Positions 14,773-24,864 of a stretch of DNA of 64,000 bases are shown here, one piece after another (within the stretch, counting starts at the first letter, position 1; the number at the start of each line of letters is the position of its first letter). The DNA is taken from positions 1-64,000 of IMG/VR virus record IMGVR_UViG_3300005826_000294. The stretch is one strand, 5' to 3'. The translations under genes and the position numbers were made by a program. The notes below the pieces were generated by a model, which saw only the letters and a list, made by a program, of their open reading frames with translations, did no database searches and was not told where the DNA came from.

Positions 14773-15443
14773 TATTCCTCTTCCTTTACGCCGACTTACA
14801 AATCCCCCTATTGAGGATAGCCTCAGTCGTTTGGCTTGTATAGTTTTACAACTATACTTCTATTAAGTTATCTAAGCATGACAGCCGGTAGGGTCTTCCC
14901 ACTTGTCGCTTAGTTTTGAAACACCGAAAGCTAAAATCACCTCAGCACCACCGCCAAAGTAATTTTTTTGCTTTCAGCCCCTAAGAGCGAAAAAGTTGTG
15001 GTTTCAAAAAAACCTAATCATTTCGCTAAGTTTTCCTATGTGATTTTTAATCACATTGAATGCCTTGTGAATACCACGCCCAACAGGAAAAGCTGTGAGC
15101 CGGAGGCTCAGGCTCGCGCCCCCCCGATAGATTTTTGTAAAGAAAAACATATATAGAGTATAATATAGAAGTTTCTTGGTATAGTAATAACACAGATCCA
15201 GCAAATAGAGTATAATAATTTTATAGAACATAGAATAATGTATAATAGTTTATAGGATAAAAGATTTTTTAGATAGTAGAGTAATAAATTAAAGTATAAT
15301 AACAGATATAGAATAATGTATAATGGTTTCTTAATTAAGGAAGTATGGGGTAATAATTTATAATATAATGGTTTTTATAGATTATAGAAGAATAATAGAT
15401 TATATAATAGGTAGTTTTATAGTTTATAAGTTTCTTGTTGTTT

Positions 15444-15645
15444 ATTCAGATAAAATTATTGATTATTCTTTGCCGTTTTACTTATTGATTATTCTTTTAT
15501 TGCCGTTTTACTTTATATTCAGATAAAATTATTGATTATTCTTTGCCGTTTTACTTTATATTCAGATAAAATTATTGATTACCGCCATTTTTATTTTACT
15601 TTTATTGATTATTACCGTTTATTGTTTATCTCCTCGCCGTTTTTT
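15444..15645. repeat. AT-rich iteron-like repeats
   Basis: ATTCAGATAAAATTATTGATTA at 15444, 15517 and 15560; GCCGTTTT four times. Confidence 0.75.
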
Positions 15646-15769
15646 ACTGAATAAAATGATGGGAAAATTTATTCAGGTGATGTATAAAATTATTGGATTA
15701 ATAAGACGAATAATTACGGGCAGTTATGGGGGCGAAAATAGTATAAAAAAGACGAATAATAATAACACA

Positions 15770-16906
15770 TTAGGCGGGCACAATTTTTCTCACGATGGGA
15801 TGATTTTTCAATTGATTCACGACATACAGGTCATCTGTTTGAATAATAACATCAGAGGTAGAGATCAGATTTCTTTCTAATTTATAATTAAAGTCATCTT
15901 CAACAATAGAGAAGTCATATTTTTCTTGAAGGTTTTTAATTTCATTTAGGGCATATTCAAAGGCATCCATAACGCCGAGGCGATAATTTAGTTCTTGATC
16001 TCTATTCATATTCAGAAGGTTTGGTGGATTATCAAACCCCTGATATTTCAAACCTTGTTCAGTAATAAAGAACTGCAATTGGGAATCGGTAGGTTTTATT
16101 GAAAGAATGTATTGTTTCAATTCTTTTTCTGCTCTTTTTGCTATACGCATAGAAGCCTCCTTAACGGATTTATATAATTCTTTCACAGCTTTCTGCCATT
16201 TTTTTGGTTCTTGTTTTAATTCTTCAAAGAACATTCTTGGAGCTGATTTCATATTTGATGGCAAGAACCAAGTCAATTTATCAGAAGGTGGAAACCCCAA
16301 GAACCATCTAAAAATCTCATCTTTCATATCGGGCCATTTTTGTAAATATCTTTTTAGTTCTATTTTAGCATCATTAAGAATAGGATAGAACTCAATATCT
16401 CTTAGGTTATAGTTTTTTTCTTCGAATGTTTTTTTATGTTGACCTTCTGGTGAATAATCAGTATTTGATATATTTTTAGATGGCAGTCCAAAATTTTTAA
16501 ACAAGAATTGTCCTAAATGAGCGACTTCATGTTCGATATTTCTATGAATTGAAGCTTTAATTCTTTCATATTGATGAATAGTAGAAGGATCAAGCCAATT
16601 ATTATCAAATATAATTTCAATAGTATTAGTTTTATAATTATAAAGTCCGAAGTATTCTGGATCTTGTTCAGCAAAGATAAGTACATTAACATTCAAATAA
16701 TCCCATTCTTTTACATACCAATTTTCCAGATCCAAAGGAATAGTAGTTATAAAATCATATTTTGGGGAAACGAAATCTTTTTTTGAAAGTTCTTTAATTT
16801 CAGGATTATTTGTATTTAAATACACTTGAGATGCATATCTTGTAAGCACCCAGTCCCATATTTTTTTTACCATTTCTGGTGGGGGTTTAAATCCTTTTTT
16901 TAACAT
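15770..16906 (-). CDS. Hypothetical protein with an HEXXH zinc-peptidase-like motif
   Basis: IEHEVAHLGQ. Confidence 0.65.
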   Translation of the reverse strand: MLKKGFKPPPEMVKKIWDWVLTRYASQVYLNTNNPEIKELSKKDFVSPKYDFITTIPLDLENWYVKEWDYLNVNVLIFAEQDPEYFGLYNYKTNTIEIIFDNNWLDPSTIHQYERIKASIHRNIEHEVAHLGQFLFKNFGLPSKNISNTDYSPEGQHKKTFEEKNYNLRDIEFYPILNDAKIELKRYLQKWPDMKDEIFRWFLGFPPSDKLTWFLPSNMKSAPRMFFEELKQEPKKWQKAVKELYKSVKEASMRIAKRAEKELKQYILSIKPTDSQLQFFITEQGLKYQGFDNPPNLLNMNRDQELNYRLGVMDAFEYALNEIKNLQEKYDFSIVEDDFNYKLERNLISTSDVIIQTDDLYVVNQLKNHPIVRKIVPA

Positions 16907-16920
16907 ATTTTTATGCTTTC

Positions 16921-16930
16921 ATATTAGCAG
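16921..16930 (-). promoter_or_regulatory. Putative phage promoter motif CTGCTAATAT
   Basis: Same 10-mer upstream of genes at 33742-33751 and 38112-38121. Confidence 0.45.
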
Positions 16931-17425
16931 ATTAACCCGCATTTTTGGAATAGAATTTGAGCAACCGCAAAGGGGACAGGTCATTTTATTTGACACTTTT
17001 ATAATAAACAAATAGCATTTACAATATTTACAATTCATTTCCAATTCAGTTTTTTCTTTTGGTTTTGTTATTGAAATTGATTTCATTATACTCCTTTTAA
17101 TAATGATTTTATGGATTTATGGTTTTAATTTTTTTCTATATTCTTGGAATTATTGAATTTTTATTATTTAGAAATAAATATAATAATTTCGAGAACTTGG
17201 CAACAAATTTTTTTCCAAATTAAACATCTACGGAACACCCTTTGTATGTTTTTCTCAAAAAAACCTTTCAATGGCATAGAATTTAACATAAACCATTTTC
17301 AAACATTTATTTTTTAATTTCTTTTGGCAAATTAGGATCTGGGAACCCTATAAACTCTAATTCAGATATTCTCGAATTAATATATTTTACTATCTTCTTC
17401 CATTTTACATTTGAATTTATTAATT

Positions 17426-17740
17426 TCATGCTACACCTTTTGGAATTTTTCTTCCTTTTTTAATATCTTGAGCTATAAAATATGGTTCTTCAATATTGGC
17501 GAAATAATTTTTAATTTCTTCTACATATTTTTCTTGATTATTTTCAGGTCTTAGAGCCCATAATATAGCATCCATTTGAATTGTAAGCATTTTAAACTCT
17601 ATTAACTCGGAATCATTTAATTTATCGGTTTTACCAAGAACCATAAATTCTTGTCCGCCAATTGCTTTCAATTCTGCTAATCTTCTTCCTTTGGTGTCGA
17701 AGAATTCTTTAATTTTTGGATGCATACTTTCTCCTTCCAT
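17426..17740 (-). CDS. Hypothetical protein
   Basis: ORF track. Confidence 0.55.
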   Translation of the reverse strand: MEGESMHPKIKEFFDTKGRRLAELKAIGGQEFMVLGKTDKLNDSELIEFKMLTIQMDAILWALRPENNQEKYVEEIKNYFANIEEPYFIAQDIKKGRKIPKGVA

Positions 17741-18600
17741 GTTTTATCCATTAACTTACTTCTTTCATAAATCCATTTAGAGTTTTTTTGTAATTCTTTA
17801 TTTTCTCCAAGAAGTTCATTAACTTTATTCATAAAAACCATTCTAAATTCAGCCTTTCCTTTAAAAGGTTCTGTAGAATTAATCATTTCTTTTGCAATTT
17901 TTTCTATACACATTAGTCCATTTTCATATAATTCTTTATTTAAATAATTTTCATATAATTCCTTATTTAAATAATTTCCTATATTTACTATGTTAATTAT
18001 ATTTTTTGGTTCTCTAAAAACACAACTATCAAAGGATGGTTTTTGATTTTTCAAATCATTTCTAACCATAATTCCATTCTTGATATAATATTTTCTTTTT
18101 CTACCAGAAACATAGTTAGGATCTATCCAAGTAGAATGTGTATCCAAAATACCTAATTTAACAACAGACATATAGTTATATAAATCTTTTTTATGTTTTA
18201 ATAGATATTTATATGCAGTTGCTAATTCTTTATATTGCTTTCTAATAAAAGATTTCTTATTTTTCTCCATACGTTTAAAGAAAAACAATATACGATTTTT
18301 TAATAATTGTTTTCTAGAGGATTTAATCATAAATAAAATTTCTTCAAACAATGAATCTTCTATTTTTTTATTAGATTTTTTTTTATAAACTGGTATTTCT
18401 ACAATTTTTAAACTTATTCCAGAAAGAAATACACCTAATGCTTGTCTTAATTTTTCTACCCATTTTTCTTTACCCATTTTTTTCTCCCGAGGCGTTGAAA
18501 TTATTAATATTTTCTTTTCATACTTTTTACATATTTCAAATATTTTATTCCAATTAAATTCATTCATCATAGTTATTTTATGTTTTTTAATTAACTTCAT
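17677..18600 (-). CDS. Hypothetical Lys-rich protein
   Basis: 307-aa ORF. Confidence 0.65.
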   Translation of the reverse strand: MKLIKKHKITMMNEFNWNKIFEICKKYEKKILIISTPREKKMGKEKWVEKLRQALGVFLSGISLKIVEIPVYKKKSNKKIEDSLFEEILFMIKSSRKQLLKNRILFFFKRMEKNKKSFIRKQYKELATAYKYLLKHKKDLYNYMSVVKLGILDTHSTWIDPNYVSGRKRKYYIKNGIMVRNDLKNQKPSFDSCVFREPKNIINIVNIGNYLNKELYENYLNKELYENGLMCIEKIAKEMINSTEPFKGKAEFRMVFMNKVNELLGENKELQKNSKWIYERSKLMDKTWKEKVCIQKLKNSSTPKEED

Positions 18601-18998
18601 TTAATAACTCTCCAGATTGATTCAATAATTGCATATTTCATCATTTCTTTTTTATTTACCACTCCATGAAGGGGGTCTAAAAACTGCTTTCTTTTACTAT
18701 CCCAAACAACATAATGTCCGGTCATATTTTCTTCTTTCCATTGGATTGTAACCAGAGCTTTTCCATTTTTTGGTAGATTTTTCACTTCTTTACAATCATA
18801 CCCAAATTCATCAAGCAATTCGAACATATGATTTAGATACATTCCTTTACTCGTACTTATTTTTAAAGCTCGTATTACGGCTACAACTTCTCCATATAGT
18901 TTATTGGCCAACATAGCTGCACAGGCTATTCCGCAGTCTGTTTTCTTCCTCTGCTCTATAAACTCAATCTGCTTGGGCCTATGAGAAGGAAAATTCAA
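18597..18998 (-). CDS. C39-like cysteine peptidase
   Basis: Q...DCGIACAAM, GHYVVWD, FLDP. Confidence 0.75.
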   Translation of the reverse strand: MNFPSHRPKQIEFIEQRKKTDCGIACAAMLANKLYGEVVAVIRALKISTSKGMYLNHMFELLDEFGYDCKEVKNLPKNGKALVTIQWKEENMTGHYVVWDSKRKQFLDPLHGVVNKKEMMKYAIIESIWRVIK

Positions 18999-19001
18999 AT
19001 T

Positions 19002-19238
19002 TTACCCCTTTTGGCTTTTAATATCACCTAATTTAAACATAATTTTTTTAAGTTCCGATATTGTAGCCATTTGCTCTACAGTAGTTCCTGTTTTTTGAGA
19101 AAGATTGTCAAATTCTTTTATGACCATCAAAATCTTATTCAGGGTTCTTTCTCTTGCTTTTTGTCTATCAGTTGTTTCTGTTTCAAATTTTTTCTCTAAT
19201 TTTTCTTTTAATAATTTTAATTGTTCTTTAATATCCAT
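19002..19238 (-). CDS. Hypothetical coiled-coil protein
   Basis: ORF track. Confidence 0.6.
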   Translation of the reverse strand: MDIKEQLKLLKEKLEKKFETETTDRQKARERTLNKILMVIKEFDNLSQKTGTTVEQMATISELKKIMFKLGDIKSQKG

Positions 19239-19515
19239 TTAATTCCTTTTCAAGAGAATTTAGATCTTGAGATTTAAATAAATTCATAAAACAAATTATT
19301 CTTTCCATTTCTAAATCAATTGTATTTAATTTCTTTATAGGGTGGGAATAAACTTCTTTAGCGTCAATCAAGAAAACCATATCTCCTCGATCTCTATCAA
19401 TTTTAATCTCCCAACAAGGAAATCTTTGTTCCTCATTTTCAAAGAAATCATAACTTTCTGGTTCTGAATTCTCCAAGATTTTTGTTATAACTTTTCTACT
19501 ATTAATCAATTTCAT
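19228..19515 (-). CDS. Hypothetical protein
   Basis: ORF track. Confidence 0.6.
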   Translation of the reverse strand: MKLINSRKVITKILENSEPESYDFFENEEQRFPCWEIKIDRDRGDMVFLIDAKEVYSHPIKKLNTIDLEMERIICFMNLFKSQDLNSLEKELNGY

Positions 19516-19524
19516 AACTCCGCC

Positions 19525-19722
19525 TTATTCTTCGTTTAATTGTAAATCTTTAAAACAATATTCACAAACATTCCAATTAACCTCTGGATCAACTGGATCA
19601 ATATATTCCATCAATAAAGCTGGTTTTTCGCAACTATTACACTTTCCAAATTGCCGTTTTTTTCTATATTTGGCAATAAAACTTTGATGTCCTCTTTTAA
19701 CAAGTTTTGTAAAATCAACCAT
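19525..19722 (-). CDS. Small zinc-finger protein
   Basis: CNSC...CEYC; likely start MVDFTK. Confidence 0.6.
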   Translation of the reverse strand: MVDFTKLVKRGHQSFIAKYRKKRQFGKCNSCEKPALLMEYIDPVDPEVNWNVCEYCFKDLQLNEE

Positions 19723-19726
19723 TTTA

Positions 19727-20329
19727 TTAATCCTTTTGGATTTTAACGCCAGAATGTCTTTTAACCCAAGCAGCATAAGCTTTTCTCTGCTTAGAATTTT
19801 TATCAACTGAATGAGGACCAATTGCCTCTTTTATACCAAGAGTTTCAGCTGCCTTTCCTGTAACGCTACGATAATAAACTTCGTCATCATCCTTTTCGAC
19901 CTTATCTTCTGTTATAATAGAATTTTTACCATTAATATTCTCTCCGACCATAACTGTTGATGGTGTCTTCACTTCTAATTCAACTGGTATTTCTACTCCG
20001 TTATGAACCAAAGATGGAGGTTCGCCTGTTCCATTTGGACCTGGAACCACTACCATTACTACTCTAGGTGGATTATCTTCAAAACGAATATCATTTACAT
20101 TATTTAATTGTTTATGTAAATCCCACGCATTTTTTTGTAAATAATCAAGAACAAATTTTCTATTTAATGAATTAGATTTCTCATTTTTCTTTGATTTTCC
20201 AGATTGTTTCGCTTCTTTCATTGCTTTCTCAGCGACCGCTCTTGCTTCAATTGCTTCTTTCTCTAATCTCTCCGCATTACGAAGTGCTTCTTCTGCTTTT
20301 CTTGCCGCCTCTACCGATTTCTTAGACAT
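19727..20329 (-). CDS. Hypothetical protein
   Basis: AGGAG RBS; N-terminal coiled coil. Confidence 0.7.
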   Translation of the reverse strand: MSKKSVEAARKAEEALRNAERLEKEAIEARAVAEKAMKEAKQSGKSKKNEKSNSLNRKFVLDYLQKNAWDLHKQLNNVNDIRFEDNPPRVVMVVVPGPNGTGEPPSLVHNGVEIPVELEVKTPSTVMVGENINGKNSIITEDKVEKDDDEVYYRSVTGKAAETLGIKEAIGPHSVDKNSKQRKAYAAWVKRHSGVKIQKD

Positions 20330-20332
20330 TAT

Positions 20333-21466
20333 TTACTCCTTTAATATATTTCGTGCTGCCACAATACCAGAAGCCATTGCTCCTATTAAAGAAACAACTC
20401 TGATAGTACATTCTCCTGCTCCATATAAACCATCTATTTCTGTTCTCATTTTAGCATTTACTGGTAAAACTCCACGTAATCTCACTTCTGGAGAATACAT
20501 AACAGCATAGGTAGTAATTGAAGGAAAAAATGTTTCTAAATATTTAAATGATTGTTTTAATTTATTAAATGTTTTTAAATGTTCTAAGGCTGATTTCCCC
20601 TCCACATAATCTTTAACTCTTTCTGGTCTAATTTTATCATTTTGTAAAACATTAGCAATCTTCACCTCTCTTAAAGCATTTTCAGACTCTTTTTCTGTTT
20701 TAGGTTTAGTTCCAACCATAAAATTTGTTCGCTCGGAATTTTTATTTGGTAAACAATGCCCAAAAGCCGATAGTATATCTGAATCTTCCCATTCTCCAAC
20801 AAATGAATTAATTCTAGCATCTTCTGTAAAAACATTATCATTACATTCTATTTTAATATCTCCGGTATCTTTTAAGACCTCATTTATGCGAAATGTTGGA
20901 ACTTCTATACGAACTCCAACTCTTATTCCATTTGTTGCTGGAATAATATTAAACATTTTACAAATTTTCTTTATCCATTCTAATGAATTTTTTCCTGTTG
21001 TTATAAGGCATCTTTTAGAACAATATTCTTTTCTTAGTGTTTTAATATGAAATAAATCTCCATCTTTATTAATTGATTCAACTTCCGTATTAAATACTAT
21101 ATCCGCACTTTTTGAAATAGAATTAAAATAATATTCTGCTAGTTCTTTTCCAATTGAGTCAGATAATCTACAATATTGAGGTTTATCATTAGGTTTTATA
21201 ATTTGAGGAATTTCCGTAGAAACCTGTTGAACAACCTTAAATGCTTCTTTTATTGCTCTTTTATTTTTAAATACTGGGTCTTCGAGTTCCAATCTATTCA
21301 TAGCATATAATCCATGACCAAACCATCCAGAAGTTAAATCTCTTCGTCTATTTATATCTTTTCCTCGTTCTATTAAAAGACAAGACATTCCTTTTGAGGA
21401 GACAACCTTAGTAGCAGAAACCCCAGCAGGCCCAGAACCTATTACAATTAAATCGTATATCTTCAT
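20333..21466 (-). CDS. NAD(P)/FAD-dependent oxidoreductase
   Basis: VIGSGPAG dinucleotide-binding motif; GLYGAGE; GAMASG. Confidence 0.8.
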   Translation of the reverse strand: MKIYDLIVIGSGPAGVSATKVVSSKGMSCLLIERGKDINRRRDLTSGWFGHGLYAMNRLELEDPVFKNKRAIKEAFKVVQQVSTEIPQIIKPNDKPQYCRLSDSIGKELAEYYFNSISKSADIVFNTEVESINKDGDLFHIKTLRKEYCSKRCLITTGKNSLEWIKKICKMFNIIPATNGIRVGVRIEVPTFRINEVLKDTGDIKIECNDNVFTEDARINSFVGEWEDSDILSAFGHCLPNKNSERTNFMVGTKPKTEKESENALREVKIANVLQNDKIRPERVKDYVEGKSALEHLKTFNKLKQSFKYLETFFPSITTYAVMYSPEVRLRGVLPVNAKMRTEIDGLYGAGECTIRVVSLIGAMASGIVAARNILKE

Positions 21467-22101
21467 GATTTTATAATTTCATACACATCTCTATAAGCTG
21501 GATTTGGGTCATTTAAACAGTTAAGATCTTGACTTGACCATTCTTTTAGCTCTTTCTTTATACTTTTAAAAGGCCACATATAATAATATGCTGAAGATGT
21601 GAATTTATCAACATATAAATCTTCATTGATATTCCATCCCAACCAATTACGAACCTTTAAACTCATTCCATATCCTCTTAATTCCGCCTTTTTTCGAAAT
21701 GGAGCTGGAAGAGGAGATAATGTAAGAAGAAATAAAAGAAATAAAAGAAACCAAGGAGAAATAAATGCTAAAACAGAAAATAGAGAAAAAATTGCTAAAA
21801 CCTGAGGAAATAAATAACCTAAAATAAATTTAGAAGGATTTTCCTTATAATCCATAATATGAACATATTCATGAGCTAATGTTAAAAAAGACCCTAATGG
21901 ATATTGATCAAATTTTTCTTTACTAGGCCAATATACTTTTGTTCCAATAGTAGTAATATAATCATTCATAAAACCTTTATTAAAGAAAAGCAATTTCCCG
22001 AGACATTTCATAAATAAACTTTTATCTTTAAATTTAATATCAAAACTAGGAACTCTTTCTTTTATTTTTGTTTGTAAGACATCTAATCGTTGATCATTCA
22101 T
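21463..22101 (-). CDS. Membrane-associated HEXXH metallopeptidase-like protein
   Basis: AHEYVH, hydrophobic hairpin, AELRGY. Confidence 0.6.
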   Translation of the reverse strand: MNDQRLDVLQTKIKERVPSFDIKFKDKSLFMKCLGKLLFFNKGFMNDYITTIGTKVYWPSKEKFDQYPLGSFLTLAHEYVHIMDYKENPSKFILGYLFPQVLAIFSLFSVLAFISPWFLLFLLFLLTLSPLPAPFRKKAELRGYGMSLKVRNWLGWNINEDLYVDKFTSSAYYYMWPFKSIKKELKEWSSQDLNCLNDPNPAYRDVYEIIKS

Positions 22102-22309
22102 TCGAAAACTCCTTTACCAATTCATCTCCAATCCAATTAACAAGATCAATGGTTTCATCTGATGTTAATTCTACACTAGTTGAAGTATATTTTATTTCTT
22201 CTCCAAGATGACGAGCCTGCAATATTAATGTTATTTTCCCGCCATTTAAAAGAATTACTTTTAACATACTACCATCTTCAAATTTTAAGACTTTTTCTCT
22301 CTGTGCCAA
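22094..22309 (-). CDS. Hypothetical protein
   Basis: ORF track. Confidence 0.6.
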   Translation of the reverse strand: MAQREKVLKFEDGSMLKVILLNGGKITLILQARHLGEEIKYTSTSVELTSDETIDLVNWIGDELVKEFSNE

Positions 22310-22563
22310 TGTAATATCCTTGTTTTTATAACTAATGGAACAATTTGATCATATTCAAGTATTCCAGGAACTTCTTCAACTGTCACCATAGCAGTTTTAT
22401 CTAATTTTTGAATAGATTCAATTGTAAATTTATTTCTTTTTCTTCTGGACCATTCTATAAAATTTTTAGGAACCTGTCGAGATCCAAACATTAAATAAAG
22501 AGGTCTAATCTTAATTTTTCCCCCCACTTTAATATTTTTAAAATAGTCTACAAACTCAAACAT
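22285..22563 (-). CDS. Hypothetical protein
   Basis: GAGGTG RBS before ATG 22563. Confidence 0.55.
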   Translation of the reverse strand: MFEFVDYFKNIKVGGKIKIRPLYLMFGSRQVPKNFIEWSRRKRNKFTIESIQKLDKTAMVTVEEVPGILEYDQIVPLVIKTRILHWHREKKS

Positions 22564-22573
22564 CTTCACCTCT

Positions 22574-22604
22574 ATATTATAACCATAACGACATAAAGTC
22601 GACA
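22574..22604 (-). promoter_or_regulatory. Putative promoter TGTCGAC-N16-TATAAT
   Basis: Related motifs at ~27570 and ~56570. Confidence 0.45.
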
Positions 22605-23063
22605 TTATTTTTTCAAATAATTAATAAATTCGTACTTTATTCCACTTTTACTTGTTCCAGAAAACTCTTTTTCTTCATAAAACTCATTAATATTAAAATT
22701 TGGAAAAAACGTATCTCCTTCTACATTTAAATAAACTTTTGTTAAATATATTTTATCTGCTTTATTTATATAATGTTTATAAATATATGATCCTCCAATT
22801 ATAAATATATCTTCTTCAACTATTTGATTTGGGTCTGAAACAACATAAGCATCTTTAATATTAATATTACTTCTGCTAAGAACTATATTTTTTCTATCCG
22901 GTAGAGCTTTTCCTATAGACTCATATGTTTTTCTGCCCATTACAATAACTTTACCTGTTGTTAATTTTTTAAACCTTCTTAAATCTCTCGATAAATACCA
23001 TGGAATTTTTCCATTAATCCCAATTACATTATTTAAACTTACAGCCACAATTATAGAAATCAT
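22605..23063 (-). CDS. folA: Dihydrofolate reductase
   Basis: VIGINGKIPW...DLRRFK, VMGRKTYESI, IIGG, GDTFFP. Confidence 0.95.
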   Translation of the reverse strand: MISIIVAVSLNNVIGINGKIPWYLSRDLRRFKKLTTGKVIVMGRKTYESIGKALPDRKNIVLSRSNINIKDAYVVSDPNQIVEEDIFIIGGSYIYKHYINKADKIYLTKVYLNVEGDTFFPNFNINEFYEEKEFSGTSKSGIKYEFINYLKK

Positions 23064-23869
23064 ACTATCATTTCCGCCTTTATAGTTCCTTGATGTTTAT
23101 AATCAAAAAGTTTTATATCTTTCATTGTAAAATCATTTATGTCATTTATTTCTTTATTTAACCAAAGTTTGGGAAGAATTTCATAAGGAGTCCGTGATAA
23201 TTGTTCTTTTATAGCAGAAAAGTGATCATGATAAATATGAACATCTCCTAGAATATGAACAAACTCATATGGTTGTTTTCCTGTAATTTGAGAAACCATG
23301 CTTAAAAGAAGAGAATAACTGGCAATATTAAAAGGGACACCTAAAAACATATCACAGGATCTTTGATACATTGATAAAGACAACCCCTTAGATGAATTAT
23401 AAAATTGAAAAAACATATGACAAGGAGGTAAACACATATTATCAAAGTCGCTAGGGTTCCAAGCACTTACAAGAATTCTCCTATCATTTGGAGTATTCTT
23501 AATTTTGTCAATAGCAATTTGTAATTGATCTATTTTATTATCCCAATTTCTCCATTGAGTTCCATAAATCCTTCCAACATCTCCTTTAAACTCTGCTTTA
23601 TCTAACCAATAATCTGAATAAGCATTTGCATCCCAAATTTTTGATCCTAATTTATTTAATTCCCTTACATCTCTCGATCCAGAAATTAACCATAATAGTT
23701 CAGCTTTAACAGATTTAAAATATAATTTTTTAGTTGTTAAAGCAGGAAAACCATTTTGAAGATTATACCTCATTGTTAATCCAAATTTTGATCTTGTTTT
23801 ACCATTTCTACACTCTTTATCTTCTCCGTTTTGATATATATCATTTAAAACTTTCAAATATTGTTTCAT
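23060..23869 (-). CDS. thyA: Thymidylate synthase ThyA
   Basis: MCLPPCH, YQRSCD, GVPFNIASY, DVHIY. Confidence 0.97.
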   Translation of the reverse strand: MKQYLKVLNDIYQNGEDKECRNGKTRSKFGLTMRYNLQNGFPALTTKKLYFKSVKAELLWLISGSRDVRELNKLGSKIWDANAYSDYWLDKAEFKGDVGRIYGTQWRNWDNKIDQLQIAIDKIKNTPNDRRILVSAWNPSDFDNMCLPPCHMFFQFYNSSKGLSLSMYQRSCDMFLGVPFNIASYSLLLSMVSQITGKQPYEFVHILGDVHIYHDHFSAIKEQLSRTPYEILPKLWLNKEINDINDFTMKDIKLFDYKHQGTIKAEMIV

Positions 23870-24864
23870 CTTAATCCATTTTCCTTAGTAATTAAATCCA
23901 TCATGTATTCTGTTTTCTTACCCCAAATTCCATCAACAGCAAGACCAACTTTAGCTTGAAAATATTTAATAGCATTTTTAGTTTTTAATCCATATTCACC
24001 ATCAATGGGCCCTGGACTGTAACCTAATTTTTTTAACCATTCTTGCCTTTCTTCCCAAGAATCAAGTTTTAACCAAGTTGGCCCCTGATTTGGATTTTTT
24101 TCTTTTATTCCTCGAAGTAATCTATAATGATCAAATGAGATAGGATCATTTTTTGCTGTACTATTATTATAATGACAAATCAAACCACAATGGGTTTGTG
24201 GGTTGTTCATCGAGAATTTAATAATTCTTTTATTATTTGTAGGAAAATTCATATCTCCCATTTTTGGAAAAATATATTTAAGAGCTATTGCTAATCTTAT
24301 AAGAGTTTTATATTGATTATCATTATACTCATATCCTTCTGTCCAACCTTTTTGAACAAGATCAATTCTTTTTCTACGAGGAATAACTTTATATTTCTTA
24401 CAATGAACCTCATCATAGGCATCAGGAAATCTACCAGCATGGGCCCTTGAATCAATTTCAATTCCAACAGACATAGTGTTATTACTTCCTCCATGCCAAC
24501 CCTTTTCTCTAAGATCTAGGGTTTGATATAAAGTTCCATCATCATCAAGAATAAAATGAACCGACAATCTACGCTGATTATGAAGAACATTAAAAGTATC
24601 TTTTGATCTATATAATCCAGAATGATGTAAAAAAAACTGGGTCACTATTTCTTTTAATTGTTCTAAATTTGGTGTTTTCCAACTTCTTTTACTATATCTT
24701 ACTCCTTGTATAGTAGTTTTGATTTGCTTACCAGTTTTTCTATCTGTATCTATAATTACATTTTTTGATGTATCATAAGCATTAAATCCATTATCTTCAT
24801 TCCATAATATAACTCTGGTTCCAATATCATATTTTTCACCACATACAATTATTGAATTATTCAT
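23866..24864 (-). CDS. Endolysin: N-acetylmuramoyl-L-alanine amidase with a peptidoglycan-binding domain
   Basis: LHHSG, SVHF, WHGG, SVGIEI; C-terminal LGY.PGPIDG..G.KT..AIK.FQ...GL.VDGI.G. Confidence 0.88.
   Translation of the reverse strand: MNNSIIVCGEKYDIGTRVILWNEDNGFNAYDTSKNVIIDTDRKTGKQIKTTIQGVRYSKRSWKTPNLEQLKEIVTQFFLHHSGLYRSKDTFNVLHNQRRLSVHFILDDDGTLYQTLDLREKGWHGGSNNTMSVGIEIDSRAHAGRFPDAYDEVHCKKYKVIPRRKRIDLVQKGWTEGYEYNDNQYKTLIRLAIALKYIFPKMGDMNFPTNNKRIIKFSMNNPQTHCGLICHYNNSTAKNDPISFDHYRLLRGIKEKNPNQGPTWLKLDSWEERQEWLKKLGYSPGPIDGEYGLKTKNAIKYFQAKVGLAVDGIWGKKTEYMMDLITKENGLR

Noticed and set aside
14810-14960. Group I intron-like R/S motifs (CAAACGACTGAG, AAGTATAGT)
   Set aside because: Wrong order, weak match and no interrupted gene.
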